DNA of 64,000 nucleotides from contig NC_043009.1 in assembly GCF_006345805.1 (NCBI RefSeq), positions 29,326,001-29,390,000 on the forward strand. The letters are read 5' to 3'. This document shows positions 1-11,740 of the stretch, piece after piece. The notes under the pieces were generated by a model, which was not told the DNA's origin, searched no databases, and worked only from the letters and a program-made list of their open reading frames with translations. The stretch is from Octopus sinensis. Lineage: Eukaryota. How positions within the stretch are numbered: position 1 is the stretch's first letter; every line of letters begins with the position of its first letter. Both the position numbers and the translations under genes were made by a program.

Positions 1-754
1 ATTGTTCAAAGAATGAAGCTCACAGAATGACTCACTGCAAAATTTGGTTTCATATTATAAAATTATATATTCTTATACTTCATACGAAAATATCTTTCTA
101 GCTTTTCATTATTTTTTTTCTTGTATTTTCTTTTTCATTTTATTTTAATTTTATTTTACTTATTACGTGAAGGGGAAGAATAGTTTTCAAATGTATTTGT
201 CTTTATTATATAATTTTGCTGAAGAATCTGTAAAGAGTTCTTGATTTGTTTTCAAATATCTTATCATTGCAGCAGTCTTTTAGACTCTGGAGAATGCAGC
301 AATACCATTTTTTTACTTTTATTTTTCTTTTGTCTCTGACTTCCTTTAACATTTATGAGTTTATTTTTCTTGGTTAAATTTTCTTATTTTAAAACGAGAT
401 TGATTGTGTTGCACTTATTTGCAGTGTTGGAAGATAGCGCATTGCAACCGTATTGGGTAAGAGGGTAAAAATAGCGCTACGATGCACCAAAACCAAAATG
501 TGGATGCATAAGCACACACTGAAATGCATGCAGGTACTTTTAGATGCACCCACACATACACACATATATACTTGCATACACGTACAAATACACACACCCA
601 TCTATATGTATAAGTATATATGTATATTCACATATACATGTGTGTGTGTGTGTGTGTGTGTGTTTATATATAAATATATATACAATTATTTAGATGTATA
701 TAGTATATAGACACACTAACATTCTATCTAGTATACTTTTATGTACCTTAGTAT

Positions 755-794
<40 letters not shown>

Positions 795-1165
795 ATATAT
801 ATATATATATATATAATATATACGCACAAGTGTATAAGTGTGTGTATATGTGTGTTCATGTATATCTATATGCACAGACACATACACATAAAAATTCTGT
901 TTATTTTTTTTTAATATTATTGTTACTTTATTGATTTTTCTATTGTCACAAACAGTTTTTTTTTACCAAGTTTAATGTTGAAATATTAATTTTCTTTGAA
1001 ATCTGTCTTGTATTATTTTTGTTTCCTTACTCATGTGAATGGTATATATAAAAATATATATATATATATTATGTGTGTGTGTGTGCATCTGTGCATGTGT
1101 GTCAGTGTACATATATATGTGCATATGTATATATGTATGAATGTATGTATGTATTTATATATTTA

Positions 1166-1209
<44 letters not shown>

Positions 1210-2065
1210 TATATATATGTAGTTCCTTTATTCACAAACTACTTATTTATTCCTTCATATCTCGCCATCGCTATTATTCTTTAATTATTGTTCCATTGTT
1301 CAAAGAATGAAGCTCACAGAATGACTCACTGCAAAATTTGGTTTCATATTATAAAATATTATATATTCTTATACTTCATACGAAAATATCTTTCTAGCTT
1401 TTCATTATTTTTTTTCTTGTATTTTCTTTTTCATTTTATTTTAATTTTATTTTACTTATTACGTGAAGGGGAAGAATAGTTTTCAAATGTATTTGTCTTT
1501 ATTATATAATTTTGCTGAAGAATCTGTAAAGAGTTCTTGATTTGTTTTCAAATATCTTATCATTGCAGCAGTCTTTTAGACTCTGGAGAATGCAGCAATA
1601 CCATTTTTTTACTTTTATTTTTCTTTTGTCTCTGACTTCCTTTAACATTTATGAGTTTATTTTTCTTGGTTAAATTTTCTTATTTTAAAACGAGATTGAT
1701 TGTGTTGCACTTATTTGCAGTGTTGGAAGATAGCGCATTGCAACCGTATTGGGTAAGAGGGTAAAAATAGCGCTACGATGCACCAAAACCAAAATGTGGA
1801 TGCATAAGCACACACTGAAATGCATGCAGGTACTTTTAGATGCACCCACACATACACACATATATACTTGCATACACGTACAAATACACACACCCATCTA
1901 TATGTATAAGTATATATGTATATTCACATATACATTGTGTGTGTGTGTGTGTGTGGTGATATATAAATATATATACAATTATTTAGATGTATATAGTATA
2001 TAGACACACTAACATTCTATCTAGTATACTTTTATGTACCTTAGTATGGGTTTATATATATTATA
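1..2065. repeat. ~1.3-kb direct tandem duplication (1-~760 recurs at 1295-~2060)
   Basis: attgttcaaagaatgaagctcacag occurs at 1 and 1295. The copies are near-identical apart from small indels in AT/GT runs, and the ORF track is duplicated with offset 1296. Confidence 0.9.
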
Positions 2066-2085
2066 TATATATATATTATATATAT

Positions 2086-3219
2086 CTGTGTCGGTGGCAC
2101 ATAAAAAACACCTTCCGAAGACCCGGCAAGACTAGTCAGGCCATAAACCATGGCCCCTACCTGGGACGTAGTCAGTCCACCTGTGCATACCTACCTCCTT
2201 GTGATACTTGTGAAGGCCTGTTGAGGCAAGTGAAAATCAAATCAAAATCAAATCAAAACAAATCAAAATAGATGAACATCAATGGAATTTGTATCTTTGT
2301 GGTACCAGTGCCGGTGGCACCACAAGAGAAAACCATCCGAAAGTGGCCGTAGCCAGTACCGCATCGACTGGCCTCCGTGCTGTGGGCACATGACAAACAC
2401 CATCCGATCGTGGCCGTTCGCCAGCCTCATCTAGCACCTGTGTCGGTGGCACATAAAAACACCATCCGAAGACCCGGCAAGACTAGTCAGGCCATAACCC
2501 ATGGCCCCTACTGGGACGTAGTCAGTCCACCTGTGCATACCTTCCTTCTTGTGACACTTGTGAAGACCTGTTGAGGCAAGTGAAAATCAAAACAAATCAA
2601 AATAGATGAACAGCAAGGAATTTGTATCTTTGTGGTACCAGTGCCGGTGGCACGTGGCAATAAGAAAACCATCCGAACGTGGCCGTAGCCAGTACCGCAT
2701 CGACTGGCCTCCGTGCTGTGGGCACGTAACAAGCACCATCTGATCGTGGCCATTTGCCAGCCTCATCTGGCACCTGTGTCGGTGGCACATAAAAACACCA
2801 TCCGAGCGTGGCCGTCTGCCAGCCTCGTCTGGCACCTGTGTCGGTGGCACATAAAAACACCATCCGAGCGTGGCCGTCTGCCAGCCTCGTCTGGCACCTG
2901 TGTCGGTGGCACATAAAAACACCATCCGAGCGTGGCTGTCTGCCAGCCTCGTCTGGCACCTGTGTCGGTGGCACATAAAAACAACCATCCGAGCGTGGCC
3001 GTTTGCCAGCCTCGTCTGGCACCTGTGTCGGTGGCACATAAAATCACCCACTACACTCTCGGAGTGGTTGGCGTTAGGAAGGGCATCCAGCTGTAGAAAC
3101 ACTGCCAGATCTGACTGGACTGGTGCAGCTTTCGGGCTCCCCAGACCCCAGTTGAACCGTCCAACCCATGCTAGCATGGAAAGCGGACGTTAAATGATGA
3201 TGATGATGATGATGATGAT
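2086..3219 (+). mobile_element. SINE-like element family C with internal 62-bp tandem array and (ATG)n tail
   Basis: A ~355-bp block occurs twice (2086-2440, 2440-2775), followed by ~4.3 copies of the 62-mer gtgtcggtggcacataaaaacaccatccgagcgtggccgtctgccagcctcgtctggcacct. The 3' end aggaagggcatccagctgtagaaac...ccatgctagcatggaaagcggacgttaaa(tga)n is shared with many dispersed copies in the window. Confidence 0.8.
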
Positions 3220-3276
3220 ACTCACATATACACATACATATCTGTATATATAGATATATAGTATAGATGCAACATA

Positions 3277-3420
3277 TTTTATAATTATATAGATAATTAT
3301 AACAAAGGATCAGCTTTATGCCTGACCATGCACTGCAAGAAATAGAAGCCAAAAGCCTTGCAGTGCATGGTGAGACGTAAAGCTGATGCCTTGTAATAAT
3401 TATGTATATAATTATAAAAT
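3277..3420. repeat. Fold-back palindrome (~62-bp arms, 17-nt loop) with degenerate hammerhead-like half-sites
   Basis: Perfect inner stem accatgcactgcaag/cttgcagtgcatggt; outer arms ggatcagcttta/taaagctgatgcc. ctgacca at 3322 and gagacgta at 3372 flank the stem. Confidence 0.7.
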
Positions 3421-4188
3421 AGTTTGTAAACTTTGCCTATGACTACCTGACTACCTGGTAAAATTATTATTGATTTTTATCCTTTTATTATAAATTATAT
3501 AGTATAGACGTTTATATGCATGCACACACACACACACACACACACACACAACACACACACACACACACACACACACCACCACACACACACAACACTATGG
3601 TCATTCTAGATAGTTTGTACAACTATTTAAAATTTGTATCACTTCTGGTTACACTGTGATAGAACGAATTCGTGAAAAGGATAAGAAAAGGAAGATATTA
3701 CACCATTTGAATATATTCCTAGTTGAGATTGATAATGCTAAACCTGACCACTATCATTAAGAATCCAAAGCTTGATGAAATTCTTAAGTTCTAGCAATAT
3801 GATTTGTTGGTGTTCTTCAGTAAAGTCCAGAATCAAATTAATTATAGCAGTTCACATGTCAGCTAAGAAGGCAGTTTAGGGCCAATAAATTGAGTAAATT
3901 ATAGAGTATTTAGTTCCCACAAACACGATGTGGGAGCAATTTTTAATTGAAAAGAAAACGATAATGATAGATAATAAAAGTGCTTTCATTGATAATGTTC
4001 AAGCAGATGTATCTGGTTTCTAATATACATCAGATGTAACATTAAGCTTTCACAAACTTTAAAATAAAAAAAAAATTTGCATGAAGTCCTTACTGTATAA
4101 TGACCATTTTATACCATTATCAGAAAGTGTGTGTATATATATATAGACATAGATATATGTATATATAGATAGATATACATATATATAC

Positions 4189-4222
<34 letters not shown>

Positions 4223-4301
4223 GTATATCTATTTATATATACATATATCTATGTCTATATATATATATGTATGTATATCTATCTATATATACATATATCT
4301 A

Positions 4302-4337
<36 letters not shown>

Positions 4338-4489
4338 CACACACACATATACATATATATATTATATATAATATATATATACATACATACATATATATAA
4401 TATAGATAAAACTTACTTGGAAGAGGATGTGTAGCATTCAATCATACAATAATATATATATATATATAATATATATATATATATATAAT

Positions 4490-4535
<46 letters not shown>

Positions 4536-4596
4536 GCATATATACATACGTATATGTACATACTTACATCCATATGTATATATGTATGCATATGTG

Positions 4597-4780
4597 GGCA
4601 CAGGATGTCATGAAATATGCACAACTAAAAAAAATATGAAGTACAAGTACATGTAATATGAACTATTTTTTAAAACAACGAGAGACAGAAATGGAAAACA
4701 AGACAAACAACATAAAGAATGACCCTTCATCAGTTGTTGGCTGTTTTTCTACTCTCATATTTCGAGCATTTAACAACAAA
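4597..4780 (-). mobile_element. Short Penelope-like/ribozyme-associated repeat fragment
   Basis: 4597-4670 is the reverse complement of 11655-11732. The minus strand reads GAAA...GTA...CTGATGA (4763-4727). Confidence 0.45.
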
Positions 4781-4791
4781 CATACATACAT

Positions 4792-5213
4792 ACTCTTTTA
4801 TTCTTTCACTTGTTTTAGTCATTTGTCTGTGGCCATGCTGGAGCACCACCTTTAGTTGAGCAAATCGACCCCCGGACTTATTCTCTGTAAGCCTAGTACT
4901 TATTCTATTTGTCTCTTTTGCCGAACTGCTAAGTTATGGGGATGTAAACACACCAGCATCGGTTGTCAAGTGACACTGTGGGGGACAAACACAGACACAC
5001 AAACGTATACACACACACACACAGACACACATATAAATATACATATATATGACGGGCTTCTTTCAGCTTCCATCTACCAAATCCACTCACAAGGCTTTCG
5101 TCAGCCTGAGGCTATTGTAGAAGACTCTTGCTGAAGGTGCCATGCAGTGGGTCTGAACCTGGAACAATGTGGTTGGTAAGCAAGCTACTTACCACACAGC
5201 TACTCCTATGCCT
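4792..5213 (-). mobile_element. tRNA-derived CORE-like SINE, family A (full length)
   Basis: Minus strand has a tRNA-like head gtgtggtaagtagcttgcttaccaaccaca...ggttcagacccactgcatggcacc, then a CORE-like gcaagagtcttctac segment, a GT microsatellite and the 3' gctccagcatggccacag...aacaagtgaaaga. About 10 related copies are in the window. Confidence 0.8.
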
Positions 5214-5900
5214 ACATATATTTACAGAAAAACAAATAGGTGCATTAGTTTGGTGCTCAAGAAGGTGAGAAAAGTTTTTTATGTTCCAAGCTTACACTCT
5301 TCAATAGAAAGGAACACGAGGAAATAAACAGAGAGAGAGTAAAAAATCTTGTGGAATTAGTGGTCAATCATGCAACTCATATGTATATATATTATATATA
5401 TATATATATATATTATATATATCAATCATAGATGTGCTGCCTAGGTCAGCAAGGCAGCCAGCGCCTACACTGAATAAAATAGATCGAGAACAACATTGTC
5501 CTTTTATCACAAAATATGCACCTAATTCAATAAAATTATGAAGGTTACTCTAATTACCAAGCATAAAATACATAAAATAGGTAGGCATAACCCTCCCCTG
5601 CCTTTCAATCTCAGTATCTAAGCTCTGCATAGTAATGCTGTAGTACACATGCTGCGTACACTCCTACAACAATGTTTTCTTATGTGTCATTAAGGCAGAA
5701 GTAAATCAGCCTTCAAGTTAGTCATGCACCTGTATTTCACTTATTATTTGTGTGTTCATCAATTGCCTACCCTCAGTAATTAGTGACAGTATGTGCCTGA
5801 TATATATATATATATATATCGTCAGTGTATCATATATCTGAAACAGAATCACGCTCTAAAAGATAGAGCAGTAATGTATTTATGCGTAGTTAAGTCTGTG

Positions 5901-6020
5901 TCCAGTCATAGAGTGACCAATAGTATTCTCTTCATTGAAACCTATGGGCGATTTGTCAGACCCTAATCGCAGAGGGCATTATGGTTGTGAAACCATTGGT
6001 CACTCTATCATCAGACATAT
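5901..6020 (-). repeat. Hairpin element: CTGATGA followed by a 15-bp stem (degenerate hammerhead)
   Basis: Minus strand reads CTGATGA (6014-6008) then tagagtgaccaatgg...ctattggtcactcta. The expected GAAA is replaced by tgac. Confidence 0.45.
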
Positions 6021-6084
6021 ACTTAACTGCATATATATATACATACATAAATACATACATATATATATATATGTATATATTGTG

Positions 6085-6480
6085 TTACGCTTTTACTTGT
6101 TTCAGTCATTTGACTGTGGCCATTGTGGAGCACGACCTTTAGCCGAGCAAATCAACCCCAGAGATTCTTTCTAAGCCTGGTACTTATTCTATCAGTCTCT
6201 TTTGCTGAACTGCTAACTTATGGGGATGTAAATGCACCAGCATTGGTTGTTAAGTGGTGTTGGTGGGACAAACACAGACACGCATACATATATATATTTA
6301 TATATAACAGGCTTCTTTCAGTTTCAGTCTACCAAAGGCTTTGCTCAAACCACTCACAAGGCTTTACTCAAACCAAGGCTATAGTAGAAGATACTTGCTT
6401 CAGGTGCCATTCAGTGGGACTGAAACCAGAACCATGTGGTTGGTAAGCAAGCTACTTACCACATAACCACTCCTCCGCCC
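6085..6480 (-). mobile_element. SINE family A copy
   Basis: Aligns by eye along the whole length of 4792-5213. Confidence 0.8.
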
Positions 6481-6847
6481 ACATATATGTATATGTGTAT
6501 GTGAGTCTGTGTGTGTGTATACATACAAGTTAAAATACTCACCACCAAATCAGGCAAAAGTCACATGATCTGTTAGTCCAAGAACTAATTGTTGTGGTCA
6601 TTGTCTGCTGCTGGTGATAGTGATGATGTACTTTAGTGCACACTAGATAACCTTTACTCATGGTAAATATTGCAGTATTTGTGTGTTCTAACTCAGCATC
6701 CACTTTTCAATGGTGAATATTTTACCTTTGGATAACAATATTGGTTCTGTTGCTTTATTTATTATGTCATACATAGAAAAAAACATATATATGCATATAT
6801 ATACACATAGGTATGTACATATATATACATACATACATACACACACA

Positions 6848-6884
<37 letters not shown>

Positions 6885-7040
6885 CGTTTTAGGATTATAA
6901 GATACAAAAAGAAAATGACTCTCCCCAGACACAATGTATATATATAAATGTAAAAAACATAAATATACATATATGTATATATATTATATATGTGTGTTTC
7001 TATATGTATATATATACATATACATACAAACATATATATC

Positions 7041-7072
<32 letters not shown>

Positions 7073-7716
7073 TATATAGAAATACAGACATATACATACA
7101 TACACACAAACACACACATATAAAGAATAACGTAGAGTTTAAAATTTAAGGTACCTGTTTCAGCATCATTTTATTGATGTATTCATATATTACCTCATAG
7201 CATGACATCCACCATCCTCAGGCAAAATCTTAAACAACCATAAACAAGTGAGATAATACTTTTGGTCTTGATGAACAACACCATGTAAATGAGGCCTGAG
7301 TTGGATCTGTGTTTTAAACTCAACTTTGTACTTACATTTCTACAGTATCATACCAACACATGATGCGTTCATGGTTATTATGACCCACCGTAAACCCTAT
7401 GTAATTGTACCTAACCATTTCTGGTGTCCTATATGTTGGTATGCCTAAATTCTACTGAATTCAGTAACTTATCAATATATATGTATATATATTATATATA
7501 TATATATATTATATATTCATGTATATATATATTACTATATACATGTATATATATATATATATATATAAATAGATGAGTGTATTTTTACCTTGTTAACAAT
7601 AACACGGAAAAATAAATAAATAGTTACCAGGGCAGCAAAAATCTCACAAGTAAAGATGTTGTAACTCCTTGTTTATAAAGGTTGAAACTTCGTGTTTACG
7701 TTGAATATTTTGAATT

Positions 7717-8046
7717 ATATGAATAAAAAATGGAGTTAACGCAGGTTTAAACAAGTATTTTTACTTTCTACACATGTTTCGAAAATTCCACTGATACTAT
7801 TCAAAAGAATAAATGGTATAAACAATGCAATCTTCTCTTCGGGAAAGTGAAAAAAACGAAACTCGTCAATACGACATTTTAGCAAAAAAAAAAAAAAAAA
7901 ATTGACGAGTTTCGTTTTTTTCACTTTCCCGAAGAGAAGATTGCATTGTTTATACCATTTATTCTTTTGAATAGTATCAGTGGAATTTTCGAAACATGTG
8001 TAGAAAGTAAAATACTTGTTTAAACCTGCATTAACTTCATTCTTTA

Positions 8047-8053
<7 letters not shown>
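7717..8053. repeat. Long near-perfect palindrome (~153-bp arms, 30-nt A-rich loop)
   Basis: 7717-7870 is the reverse complement of 7901-8053, with about 3 substitutions and 1 indel, all in the outer part. Confidence 0.95.
7923..8008 (+). ncRNA. Type I hammerhead ribozyme motif (U4C core variant); mirror copy on minus strand 7763-7848
   Basis: Stem I actttc(7923-28)/gaaagt(8003-08); core CCGAAGA(7929-35); stem II gaagatt/aattttc; GAAA(7991-94); stem III ACA-TG-TGT (contains palindrome ACATGT); predicted cleavage GUA after 8002. Confidence 0.65.
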
Positions 8054-8089
<36 letters not shown>

Positions 8090-8249
8090 TATATTATATA
8101 TATGTATATATATTTATGTATATGTATATATATATATATGTGTGTATATATATATATGTATATTTATATATATGTATATATATATATATGTATATATATT
8201 ATATATATATATGTATATATATATGTGTGTATATATATATATGTATATT

Positions 8250-8283
<34 letters not shown>

Positions 8284-8332
8284 GTATATATATATATATA
8301 TATATATAGATATATATATATATATATATAAT
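8050..8332. repeat. (AT)n/(ATGT) compound microsatellite
   Basis: Direct inspection. It is the source of the Y/I-rich false ORFs, and many similar tracts occur throughout the window. Confidence 0.95.
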
Positions 8333-8429
8333 GTATGAGTGTTGTGTATGTGTGTGTAAGTAATTTTTTTAAACATACTTTCTTGAATGTGGTAATTTTC
8401 AACCTGTGAATATATTTGTGTGCTTATGG

Positions 8430-8474
<45 letters not shown>

Positions 8475-8825
8475 TGTGTGTCTGTATATACATCTATGTA
8501 TGCATAAATTAACACCAAATACATACAGTCAATAGTGAATATCTAAACACTAATTTATGAATGCAAGCAAATGAGAAATACAAGATGAGGTCTTGAACCA
8601 ACCATCTGTTGGTTGCTAGGATACTGATTACACTCTACTGAAATTAGGGATAAAACCTAATTTGAGTCAGTAGTGAATACAAATGCAATGTGGTGTAATT
8701 AGTAAGAAGACAAGTTAATCAACAGTTGATTACTATCTGTTTTCAGTCCCTTTCAATAGTTTCTTGTCGTTTGGAACATTAACTTGCATTTGGTGCCAGC
8801 ATCATGTTTAATAACTTCTAGGTAC

Positions 8826-8893
<68 letters not shown>

Positions 8894-9054
8894 TATATAC
8901 ATACTATATATGTACATTCATACATAGATGTGTGGATGTATTTATGGTGTATGTATGTATCTATGTAGGTGTTGTGCATGTGTTTGTGCATGTGTGTATG
9001 CATATGTGTGTGTACGTATGTATGTATGCATGTTTAGTAGGTATGTATTTACAT

Positions 9055-9365
9055 TTGGTAAGAAGCTTGCTTTTGAACCACATGGTTCCATGTTCGGTTC
9101 CATTGCATGGCATCTAAGGCAAGTGTCTCCTACTATAGTTTCAGGTTGACCAAAGCCCTCTAAGTGGACTTGGAAACTGAAAGAAGCCCACCATATATAT
9201 ATGTATGGATATGTGTGTGGGGTGGTGGTGGTGGTGGTGGTGATGGCTGTGTGTCTTTGTGTTTGTGTTTGCAAACAACCACTGCTTGACAACCAGTTTG
9301 GTTTGTTTACGTCCCCGTAACATAGTCGTTTGGCAAGACAGATTGATAAAATAAATACTAGGTTT
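9055..9365 (+). mobile_element. SINE family A copy
   Basis: ggtaagaagcttgc...aaccacatggttcc...ggcaagtgtctcctactatag...ggaaactgaaagaagccc. Confidence 0.75.
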
Positions 9366-10123
9366 AAAAGTTATACAAAATTCCATGATGTGGATATTTT
9401 TATTTATAAAAACTTTTCTCTTTAGTCTTTGTATGCGTGTATATATGTGTGTAGATATAAATAGATTGATAGAAAGATAGATAGATACATACACATAACA
9501 TATACTTATACATGCACACACACACACAAAAAGCAAATCAACACAAGCATATATATATATATATATATATCATGATACACATTTGGGCATGCACCTGTGT
9601 CTACACGTCTCTTCACACCTTGAAATTATAGTTTGTGCTACTTGAAGCAATAGCAACAAGAATTTTGGTCCTGGTATTTTAGTCTTAGAACAATACACAG
9701 CATATAAAAAGAAAAAAATAACCAAGACAATTTGCCAAATACAATTGCACATTTTTGGCAAGAAATTCTAGGACTGAAAACTGTTATTATGAAACACCAG
9801 CATCAGCAAATTGGTTAAAGAATATGGATCAATAGTAGCCATATTCCATAAACATGGTTTATGAATTTTAACAGTCTCACAGAAAATGGACTTTGGTACA
9901 AATATGCATAGAATATTGGAAGCCGGAGTCTGAATCCTGCCATATGGCAGAGTATAGCACTTAACTGGTAACTTTGGATGACATCATGCCATGAGGTTTT
10001 GGCACTTTACTCTAAGAGATACTTATCCAGTGCCATAACATTACCAATTTTTGGAAAGTCAAGTTTCCTATAACTCTGTGCAAGTTTGTACATGCATATA
10101 CAAGTATGTATGTGTGTATGTAG

Positions 10124-10160
<37 letters not shown>

Positions 10161-10424
10161 ACTGTTTGTGTGTAACTATATGTAGATGTGTATGTTAAGT
10201 AATAGTTAGCCTGTAGTAACCATGCTGTATAAAATTGAACATTACTAAAAGCATATATGTGTACACACACACACTCACACATGCACAAATATATATCTTT
10301 TATCTTTACTTGTTTCAGTCATTAGATTGCACCCATACTGGGGTACCTGGGGCATGAACTTGAAAAATATTTAGTCAAATGAATTAATACTTTTAGTGTT
10401 TTCCCTCACTGTAAAACATACATT

Positions 10425-10491
<67 letters not shown>

Positions 10492-10502
10492 ATAACACAT
10501 AT

Positions 10503-10741
10503 ATATATAATTGTTAAAGAGGTCAACAAACATTAATACAAGGCAAGCATCTCAAGTCATGTACATTATAATTATTGGAAAAATTCAGTCTTACAGCTGT
10601 TTCTGATGATGGAATATCCCATACTCTAGGATATCCCAGAAACAGCTGTAAGACTGAATTTTTCCCAATAATAATAATATATATATGATTTGAGATGCTT
10701 GCCTTGCCTTAACATTTGTTAGCCTTTTTAACAATTATATA
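10503..10741. repeat. Fold-back palindrome (~100-bp arms) with hammerhead at apex
   Basis: 10503-10605 is complementary to 10637-10741 (e.g. aaggcaagcatctcaa/ttgagatgcttgcctt and cagtcttacagctgtttctg/cagaaacagctgtaagactg). Confidence 0.9.
10599..10654 (+). ncRNA. Type I hammerhead ribozyme motif with fully canonical core
   Basis: Stem I gttt/agac (one GU); CTGATGA 10603-09; stem II tggaatatcc/ggatatccca (10 bp, 1 mismatch); GAAA 10639-42; stem III palindrome ACAGCTGT; GUA cleavage after 10650. Confidence 0.75.
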
Positions 10742-10844
10742 TCTGCTATATTGGAAATCTACATTGGGTCCATAACTACTGTTTTGGCTACAACCTTGGA
10801 GCCCTAGCAGTCCGTTACAGCACTTACCTAGTGTACCTAATTTA

Positions 10845-11648
10845 TTCACCATGTGCAGCAATATACCTGTCCCAGCATTCCTACCATTTTTGGAATCTGG
10901 CATGAAAGTTATTTTCCGTATGCGAGTCAAGGAGCTTCTGCAATTCACTTCTGATCTTGACATCAGTGTTAAAACGGTGACCTTGGAGCTGCATTTTCAT
11001 TTTGGGGGATAAATGGAAGTTTGCAGGTGCTAAATGTGGTGAACAGGATGGGTGCAGAAGCAATACCATGTTGTTTTTGGAGAGAAACTCATGAATGAAG
11101 AGAGTTGTGTGACAAGGTATATTGTTGTGGTGAAGAATCAAATTCTTTTCACTCCACAGATCTGGTCACTTTCACTAAATGTCCTTCCTCAGACACCTTA
11201 AAACATTGCAGTAGAGCTCTCAGCTGGGGGACTGCCACTAAAGGATTAATTTCCCATGCACAATACTGTAGATGTTGTAAAAACGATGAGCATGTTCTTG
11301 ATTGATCTGCCATGAAGATGACAGGTCCTTCCATTGTGACGACTGCTGCTTCATCTCAGAGTCATACCCATAGCATGCTCAATGTCTCTAGCAGACTTCC
11401 TAAGTCTAATGCAAAATTTCACATTGGCTCTTTGTTCCAACTTCCTGTCCATGACAAAAACCGCAGACTAAAGCTTACACGTGATCAACAAAAACACAAA
11501 TTTTACAACTTGTGAAGTAAACACAGCAATGTCACTTGGTGAAGTGCCTCATGAAGGTCAATGCTACCTCTCATTGTGCAGGCAACCATGTGCTGCCACC
11601 TGTTTGTGTGCTACAGAACTAATCTGGGAAGTTATTGATACTACCTCG
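10845..11648 (-). mobile_element. Internally deleted, decayed mariner (DD34D-type) transposon
   Basis: One end reads TA-cgaggtagtatcaataa. Translated fragments: EQRANVKFCIRLRKSA (N-terminal HTH), GYDSEMKQQSSQWK, HHNNIPCHT and LHPSCSPHLAPANFHLSPKMK (variant of HPPYSPDLAPxDF). The second TIR was not found. Confidence 0.85.
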
Positions 11649-11740
11649 TATACTTCTTTATAGTATAGTTCATATTCCATGTACTTGTACTTTGTATTTT
11701 TTTGTTGTACACATTTCATGACGTCCTGTGCCCATATATA

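Noticed and set aside
2776-3045. 62-bp repeats with a hairpin as a possible CRISPR-like array
   Set aside because: Units are head-to-tail with no unique spacers, there are no cas genes, the context is eukaryotic, and the array is part of a dispersed SINE-like element.
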